A stretch of 15,764 nucleotides of DNA. It comes from Octopus sinensis. Its lineage: Eukaryota. The translations under genes were made by a program, and so were the position numbers. The notes under the pieces are model-generated. The model did not search any database. It had not been told where the DNA came from and was given only the letters and a program-made list of their open reading frames with translations. Location: positions 1-15,764 of the forward strand of contig NW_021825351.1 in NCBI RefSeq assembly GCF_006345805.1. Reading direction: 5' to 3'. Numbering within the stretch: the first letter of the stretch is position 1; every line of letters begins with the position of its first letter. Below are positions 9,062 to 15,764 of the stretch, one piece after another.

Positions 9062-9095
9062 CCGAGGTCAACTCTACCTTTCGGGGGTCGATAAA
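9062..9095 (+). mobile_element. Fragment of the SINE family B central domain
   Basis: ccgaggtcaactctacctttcgggggtcgataaa resembles gccgaggtcgacttcgcctttcatcctttcggggtcgataaa (reverse complement of 10873-10913). Confidence 0.6.
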
Positions 9096-9469
9096 AAAAG
9101 ATAATATTAACCCAAGGCTGGAGCAGCCATTGCTCTATCTGAGTCGCATATCCTAAACCTTCCGGGAAAATCACGAGAACGCTGAAAGTGACGTAGTATG
9201 GGCGGTCTCTTTCCGGTCGCCTCTACTTGGACACAAGCACGTGATGATGTCCATAGTCTGTATATGTGTGTGGGGAGGGGATATTTGTGTGTGTATATGT
9301 ATATATGGGTTCATCTGTGTGTTTGTATGTATGTGTGCGTATGCTTAAATCCAACAAGCGCTAATTGTGTTGGTATAGATCAACGTATAGAGGCACACAG
9401 AGAAAATCCTGGGAAGAGGATGGGAGGAATAACCAGGGAACAGAAGTAGAAACGTTTGCGGAAAATTGA

Positions 9470-9497
9470 TACGTTTCGGACTGTGGTCCTTCCTCAG
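9470..9497 (-). ncRNA. Minimal hammerhead motif with intact catalytic core, within a pLTR-like element (~9345-9530)
   Basis: Minus strand CUGAGGA-A-GGAC-caca-GUCC-GAAAC-GUA; ACGU palindrome for a dimeric helix III; helix I is weak. Confidence 0.6.
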
Positions 9498-9725
9498 TGA
9501 CACAAGATTACGTCCAGCAGTGTTGTTTTATTTACAGCAATAATATGATGCAAAACGTGTGTGTGTGTGTGTGTGTGTGTTTTGTTGTTGTTATTATCAT
9601 TATTATAACCATCAGTATTACAATTATTTTTAAGCTGCCGGAGTTACAAAGACCCGGATGTTTCATCATGCATGGCAATTGTCGTGTTAGGATGCGACAG
9701 TCATCTGTGAAAATGTACCACTCAC

Positions 9726-9782
<57 letters not shown>

Positions 9783-9783
9783 A

Positions 9784-9828
<45 letters not shown>

Positions 9829-9954
9829 ATATATATATAAAAGGAAATGAAGAAAATGCTGACAAAATAATTTAAGTAATTTAAGTAATTTAATTAGGTG
9901 AAAGTTCTTTTTACGGTTGCGCATTTGTTATGCTTATCAAAAGTTTTTTCCTCT

Positions 9955-10000
<46 letters not shown>

Positions 10001-10085
10001 AGAGAGAATGAAGCAGGAGATTAGAAAGCCTAGAAGAAACGAACCTATGGGAAATAAGGGAGTGTTGCTTTTTGTGCTTGTGGTT

Positions 10086-11128
10086 CGTGGGAGGAGGTGC
10101 TTGAGTCGTGCGGGCCCGGTCAGCCGTTAGAGAACTCACAGGAATCGACCCATGGTAAATTGTGACATGGCTGTTGTTCACAACAGAACATGTGCAACAT
10201 GTCGAAAGGTGTGCCTCTCAGTTGGCAGATTAAAAAGGCATGTAAGAAGGGTTCATACCTATTTCTTTATTACCCACAAGGGGCTAAACATAGAGGGGAC
10301 AAACAAGGACAGACATAGGTATTAAGTCGATTCCATCGACCCCAGTGCGTAACTGGTACTTAATTTATCGACCCCGAAAGGATGAAAGGCGAAGTTGACC
10401 TCGGCGGAATTTGAACTCACAGCGTAACGACAGACGAAATACGGCAACGCATTTCGCCCGGCGTGCTAACGTTTCTGCCAGCTCCCCGCCTTCTTCTAGA
10501 AGGGTTCATATCTATTTCTTTACTACCCACAAGGGGCTAAACACAGAGAGGACAAACAAGGACAGACAAACGAATTAAGTCGATTACATCGACCCCAGTG
10601 CGTAACTGGTACTTAATTTATCGACCCCCCGAAAGGATGAAAGGCGAAGTTACCTCGCGGCGAATTTGAACTCACAGCGTAACGACAGACGAAATACGGC
10701 AACGCATTTCGCCCGGCGTGCTAACGTTTCTGCCAGCTCCCCGCCTTCTTCTAGAAGGGTTCATACCTATTTCTTTACTACCCACAAGGGGCTAAACACA
10801 GAGAGGACAAACAAGGACAGACAAACGAATTAAGTCGATTACATCGACCCCAGTGCGTAACTGGTACTTAATTTATCGACCCCGAAAGGATGAAAGGCGA
10901 AGTCGACCTCGGCGGAATTTGAACTCAGAACGTAACGACAGACGAAATACGGCTACGCATTTCGCCCGGCGTGCTAACGTTTCTGCCAGCTCGCCGCCTT
11001 CTTCTAGAAGGGTTCATACCGTGGCACTTGTTCCTTCTGCCAGCCACCACAGCTATGCATTATGTCATAGAATGAGCAAAACCTTTGCCAGGCTCAAGTC
11101 TAATGCGAGGACCTTGCATCATCAATGA
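10086..11128 (+). pseudogene. Decayed C2H2 zinc-finger region, probably an RTE-type LINE ORF C-terminus, interrupted by the SINE triplet
   Basis: One frame reads RGRRCLSRAGPVSR*RTH...CATCRKVCLSVGRLKRHVRRVHT (10191-10259) and continues after the insertion as VALVPSASHHSYALCHRMSKTFARLKSNARTLHHQ*. The CxxCGRxCxSxxGLxSHxRxH pattern is typical of RTE C-termini. Confidence 0.6.
10245..11020 (-). mobile_element. Tandem triplet of tRNA-derived SINE family B (Meta/MESC-like central domain); units 10245-10497, 10498-10752, 10753-11005; 15-bp TSD
   Basis: AGAAGGGTTCATA(C/T)C at 10245, 10498, 10753 and 11006. Minus-strand head AAGGCGGCGAGCTGGCAGAAACGTTAGC...GAGTTCAAATTCC; central GCCTTTCATCCTTTCGGGGTCGATAAATTAAGTACCAG. 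Confidence 0.9.
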
Positions 11129-11465
11129 CTCAATTCAGTGATTGTTTCTAGCAATGGTTTTGTTCGTATACGAGAAAGCAGCTAAAATATATGTACGTCT
11201 TTTCCATTTTTTTAATTATTATAAATCTTCCACTGAGGAGGGAACCGGTTTCCAACAAAGATACAAGCCTCCATCTTTGGGATGTAGTTAACACAGACAA
11301 ATTCACATTTGGAACTTAAGTAAAGTCTTGCATATTTTTACTGTTCCACTCAGAGATTGTATTTGTAATGTACGAGTTAGCCAGTCGGTTTCTCATTCTG
11401 AAAATCCCAGTTCATCCAGATTCTCCTTTAAGCATTTACTAACAAAAATCTAGTGGTATGAATAT

Positions 11466-11865
11466 GGGATCTTTTCACTTTGACCGACAGATTTTAAAAA
11501 TAATTTCTTTCTAACTAAACACTTTTAAACTTCGTATACTGGTAGAATGTGTTTATAAAACATCTTTTTCTCTTGGCGTTCTGGAGAAAATTTAATATAT
11601 AAAAACGAAATATACACCGCCGGAAGTTGTAGTTGACAAGCAACAGCAGTAATTGTATTCACCTCAGCAGACGTCATTGATTGGTTGAAATTGCCGAAAT
11701 ACGAGAAATTTAACAAGAAATAGCTTACAAACTACAGAATTTTCTCAAGAAAGCCAAGAGAAAAGGATGTTTTGTGTGACACATTCTACCGGTATACGAA
11801 GTTTAAAAGTGTTTAGTTACAAAAAAATTATTTTTAAAATCTGCCGGTCAAAGTGAGAAGATCCT
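11466..11865. mobile_element. MITE with ~125-bp terminal inverted repeats, related to 6958-7483
   Basis: GGGATCTTTTCACTTTGACCGACAGATTTT... pairs with ...AAAATCTGCCGGTCAAAGTGAGAAGATCCT. Confidence 0.85.
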
Positions 11866-12058
11866 GAATAGAATATGAAATTATTATGTATGTATGTATG
11901 TATGTATTTAATGTTCTCCGCTCTGACGAAGCATACTTTGAAACCTGGTGGCCAAGTTGCAAGTGAACGCTGACCTAAAATAAACCCCGTTCTGTTTTTA
12001 ACAACATTGACTTACTGTTTGTGGCGGATTCACTTCGTGACAAGTTGCCATCTACATA

Positions 12059-12094
<36 letters not shown>

Positions 12095-12704
12095 CTATTT
12101 TTATGTCGGTATGTAGATGCATGTGTGTTTCTGTGTCTGTGTCTGTGTGTGACATTTTACTACAGCCAACCAAAATAATGAATGGCTTAAGGAACGAAAG
12201 ATAAAATTTAACCAACAACACAACCAACCCCGTTTCTATCAAGATTTCGGTCATAGCACATGGCGGCGGCAGCGGTGGTGGGAGCGGAGAAGGTGACGGT
12301 GACGCTGGCTGACTGGCTGACTGGCTGGCTGGCAGGCTGGTCGGCTAGCTGGTGGCAATGTAGCGGTATGAGGTCTTTGTGGTGGTGGGTGAGGACGGAG
12401 ACGGCGATGGTGGCGGTGGTCATGATGTGGTGAGCGAGTGTAAGTGTTGTTGGCAGTGATGTTGAAGGTGTTGGCGGTGAAGGTGGGTGATACTGCTGCT
12501 GTCATTGATGATGATGGAGCTATGGGGCTGTACAGGGGTTACTTGGAGGAATGCTGTTGGTGGGTTCTGTGTGCCGAGAGGGCGGGGCGGGTGGGGCCAT
12601 TAGGGACGGTCATCGTAGTAGCGGAAGTGTATAGGATACGGCGCGCGCGCGAAGTAGTAGTAGTACTAGCAGTCAGCCTTCCATTATGTTCTTTGTTTTC
12701 ATCA

Positions 12705-13022
12705 ATGCTGATTTATAACGAGAAAGCCTTCCAAATGTGGCCATCCTGTCGACGTAATTATCTAATTGTTTGTTTGTTTTTTTTGTTACATTTCAGACCG
12801 TTGGGTGTGATTTGTAAGTATCCGTCATGTCTTTTGTATAACCGTGCTGACCTACGATGAAAAGCCTTCCAAGTGTGACCATCCTGTCGGTGTGCCGTTT
12901 TCATATTTTAACAGGTAGAATGTGATTTGAAATTTCCCTTCGTATCAGATGTTTTAGCTTGATTAATCAAGCTAATCTATAATAAAAGGCTTTCCGAACG
13001 TGACCATCCGGTCGATGTAATT
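12705..13022. repeat. Three degenerate tandem units with ~125-140 bp period
   Basis: AAAGCCTTCCAAATGTGGCCATCCTGTCG at 12723, AAAGCCTTCCAAGTGTGACCATCCTGTCG at 12861, and AAAGGCTTTCCGAACGTGACCATCCGGTCG at 12985. Confidence 0.75.
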
Positions 13023-13028
13023 CTTTTG

Positions 13029-13088
13029 TCTTTTATTCTTGTGGTTCAATCATTGGACTGCGGCCACACTGGAGCAGCTACTTGAAGG
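13029..13088 (-). mobile_element. Old SINE family A tail
   Basis: tcttttattc..ttcaatcattggactgcggccacactggagca matches the tail reverse complement. Confidence 0.65.
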
Positions 13089-13096
13089 GGGTGGAT

Positions 13097-13247
13097 CGTT
13101 CATGAGCAACCTGCGGCCCACAGGACGTTCTAGGATGGCATGCTTAAGGAAATATTTAGCTTGAAGTCTTTAGTAGTGCGGCCCACCCACCTAATGGTGA
13201 GCCCTGTCTCATCCGGTTCACTTCGCGAAAACGATTGCCCATGCATG
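13097..13247. mobile_element. Possible hAT (Charlie-like) MITE relic
   Basis: Ends CGTTCATGAGCAA and TTGCCCATGCATG are inverted at 10/13 positions; two subterminal TGCGGCCC motifs; no 8-bp TSD seen. Confidence 0.45.
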
Positions 13248-13291
13248 GTTTAACACAAGTCGACGTAAATGGACCGACACCGGTTATCAAC

Positions 13292-13745
13292 TGGTGGTGG
13301 TGGTGTTGGGACAGAAAAACAAATGGTGGTAGTGTTGGTAATGGCCGTAGTGGTGGTGGTGATGGTGGTAGGATGGGTGGTGGTGGTGGTGGTGGCGCTG
13401 GTTGTAGGTGGTGGTCATAACAGTTGTGGTGGTGGTGGTAGAGGGAGTGATGGTAGTGACAGTGGTAGTGGTGGTTGTCATCGTCGTGCTGATGGTGGTA
13501 GTGGTGGTGGTCGCCGTTGTGCTGGTGTTCGCTATGGTGGTAGGTGGTGGTTATAGCAGTGATGGTGATGGTGGTGGTGGAGGTGCTAGTGGTTGCGTTG
13601 CCGACGGTTACTGGTGGTGTTGGTGGTTGTCATAACGGTGTCACTCAAGACAGCGGCAGCAGCAGTGGGGTTGGTTGTGGTGGTGGGCTTCTTACTGCCG
13701 TGGCGGTAGCGGCGGTGGCGGTGGTAGTGTTGCTGACATTAATGG
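13292..13745. repeat. Degenerate (GGT)n tract
   Basis: Directly visible. Confidence 0.85.
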
Positions 13746-13871
13746 TAGCGGATTCTAAACTCGATGAATCTTTCAAAACTCATTAAAAAAAACTCAAATG
13801 CTTTTGAGTTTTTCTCCTTTCGATATATTCCTGCATCTGTACTTTATCCTCCGTCAAAGACGCTGGACAAT

Positions 13872-13874
13872 CCA

Positions 13875-13927
<53 letters not shown>

Positions 13928-14207
13928 CCCTACCACCACCACTACTACTACTAATGCTGCTGCTACTACTACTACACTACTACTACTACTACCCCCTACC
14001 ACCACTACTACTACTACCACCACCACCACTACTACTACTACCACCACCACCACTACTACTACCACCACCACCACCACTACTACTACTACTACTACCGCTA
14101 CTACCACCACTACTACCACCACCACCAATTCTACTACCACCACAACCACTACTACCACCACAACCACTACTACTACCACCACCACCATCATCACTACTAC
14201 TACTACT
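13872..14207. repeat. (ACT)n/(ACC)n compound tract
   Basis: Directly visible. Confidence 0.9.
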
Positions 14208-14398
14208 GGCTGTCACCCTCTCTTTCACTTCACGTATCTCTCTTCCGTTTCCTCTCTCCTTCTCAATACTCATCAACCCCCTTCTCTCTCTCTCTCTCAC
14301 TCTCTTTCTCTCCCTCTTTTTCTTTTCTCTATTCCTCCATACTTCGACTTAAGTCGTTTCACGTTACGTCTTTTTTGTACGGTTCGTGGTTCTTTTTG

Positions 14399-14435
<37 letters not shown>

Positions 14436-14438
14436 AAA

Positions 14439-14687
14439 TATTATTAGAGACAAAACCACTATTTTGCAAAACAAACAAGGAAAGACTTAATCAATACATA
14501 AAATTTTAATAAATAGTCTATTTGACTATTTATTAAAAGTTTATGTATTGATTAAGTCTTTCCTTGTTTGTTTTGCAAAATAGTGGTTTTGTCTCTAATA
14601 ATAGTTTATAATATTTTACTATAAAATGGATTTATATCCTAAATCTGATTTTTTCCCTGTAATTTTGGATTTATTCCCTAATATTTA

Positions 14688-14693
<6 letters not shown>
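14439..14693. mobile_element. AT-rich element in (TA)n with an 80-bp hairpin (arms 14439-14518 and 14524-14603)
   Basis: One mismatch in 80 bp, 5-nt loop TATTT; the right arm continues unpaired for about 90 nt to the next (TA)n. Confidence 0.75.
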
Positions 14694-14727
<34 letters not shown>

Positions 14728-14728
<1 letters not shown>

Positions 14729-14932
14729 CGGAGTAAACACATAAATGTGAAACAAGGTGGAAAAAAGAGTACTCAAAACCAGTGGTAGAGTAATATGCTT
14801 TATTTAAAGCAGCAGAAAATTCAACAAAATCTGTTACTCTGAGTTTCACGTTGCCAGCAAAAACTGTCCGATGAACGGCAACGAGAAACTCAGAGTAACA
14901 GATTTTGTTGAATTTTCTGCTGCTTTAAATAA
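14728..14932 (-). mobile_element. pLTR-like element with a 56-bp inverted duplication and a hammerhead-like motif
   Basis: Arms 14800-14855 and 14877-14932 (one mismatch); CCGATGA-ACG-gcaa-CG(A/T)-GAAAC-TC at 14868-14891; second copy of the 3' end at 8199-8290. Confidence 0.7.
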
Positions 14933-15188
14933 GTATATATATATATATGTGTGTGTGTGTGTGGTGTGTGTGTGTGTGTGTTAAAAAGAACCACGTACCG
15001 TACAAAAGTATATATATATATATTGATTTGAAAACCCCACTTGAATGGGAGAAAGCGCTAATACATGTTCTAAGTTATATGATGTATAAAAACATGTAAT
15101 ATACAAATAAATATCTGTAAATATAAACCATCCGATTTTCTGAGTACCTCATTTCTTCTAATATATATATATATATATATATATAGAA

Positions 15189-15240
15189 GGCGGTGCTCCA
15201 GCATGGCCGCAGTCAAATGACTGAAACAAGTAAAAGAGTA
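15189..15240 (+). mobile_element. SINE family A/LINE tail in (TA)n
   Basis: ggcggtgctccagcatggccgcagtcaaatgactgaaacaagtaaaagagta. Confidence 0.88.
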
Positions 15241-15562
15241 TGTATGTATGTATGTATATATATATATAAACAGCAAATTTTAGATACTTTGCTTGTTATA
15301 ACTTAGAATAACTTCGAAAGGTTTTGGCCAGTATTGGCCCCGGGCCATGTCTAACTTAATAGCATTAATATACATTACCGTGTATATTTATTAAAGTGGT
15401 TTTGAGTTTAAGAATCCCTTTGCGTGTAGCAATAGCCCTTAATAAAATGAAAGTATTTATATATTAAAGGAAAAATTATATATGTTGTATAAATCTTTCC
15501 CCTTAACTATTTTCTTTCGCTGGCTACTTGATAAATTCTTATAAAGATTTTATACTTATATA

Positions 15563-15725
15563 GGCGCAGGAGTGGCTGTGTGGTAAGTCGCTTGCTTACC
15601 AACCACATGGTTCGGGGTTCAGTCCCACTGCGTGGCACCTTGGGCAAATGTCTTCTACTATAGCCTCGGGCCGACCAAAGCCTTGTGAGTGGATTTGGTA
15701 GACGGAAACTGAAAGAAGCCCGTCG
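15563..15725 (+). mobile_element. SINE family A, 5' half (probably continues beyond the window)
   Basis: Box A TGGCTGTGTGG at 15573-15583, box B GGTTCAGTCCC at 15616-15626, then ACCTTGGGCAA (CORE-like). Confidence 0.92.
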
Positions 15726-15764
15726 TATATGTATATATATATATATGTATGTTCATGTATGTTT

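Noticed and set aside
9705-9730. Mariner-like right TIR (ACTCACCCTGT)
   Set aside because: Only about 10 nt of similarity and no partner end found.
11233-11260. CTGAGGA followed by a hairpin as a further hammerhead
   Set aside because: No GAAA after the stem (reads CAACAAAG).
12723-13022. CRISPR-like repeat-spacer array
   Set aside because: Eukaryotic context, degenerate repeats, long and mutually related spacers, no cas genes.
13764-14399. Mucin-like poly-Thr ORF
   Set aside because: Translation of the (ACT/ACC)n microsatellite.
15315-15350. GGCCA..TGGCC hairpin as hammerhead helix II on the minus strand
   Set aside because: No CUGAnGA, and AAAAC instead of GAAAC.
15563-15635. tRNA gene
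   Set aside because: Box A/B head is joined to a repeated SINE body; it is a SINE, not a tRNA gene.

Overview
Repeat-saturated, microsatellite-rich eukaryotic non-coding DNA. It is most likely from an octopod cephalopod, inferred from the tRNA-derived SINE families and the dense (TA)n/(CA)n/(GGT)n tracts. No intact host gene is supported; almost all ORFs in the track are microsatellite artefacts. Supported content: (1) a frameshifted GIY-YIG endonuclease relic of a Penelope-like element (PLE), 234-560; (2) the 3' end of a CR1/L2-group LINE whose tail is shared with the dominant SINE; (3) many copies of three tRNA-derived SINE families, including a tandem triplet inserted with a 15-bp target-site duplication (TSD) into a decayed RTE-type C2H2 zinc-finger region; (4) several MITEs. 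The most interesting signal is a set of small non-coding elements sitting in dinucleotide microsatellites. They carry type I hammerhead-ribozyme-like motifs (1222, 5814, 6566, 9470, 11923, 14864) and/or long asymmetric hairpins, consistent with non-autonomous PLE-terminal-repeat (pLTR)/retrozyme-like elements. Family assignments are from pattern recognition, not database searches.
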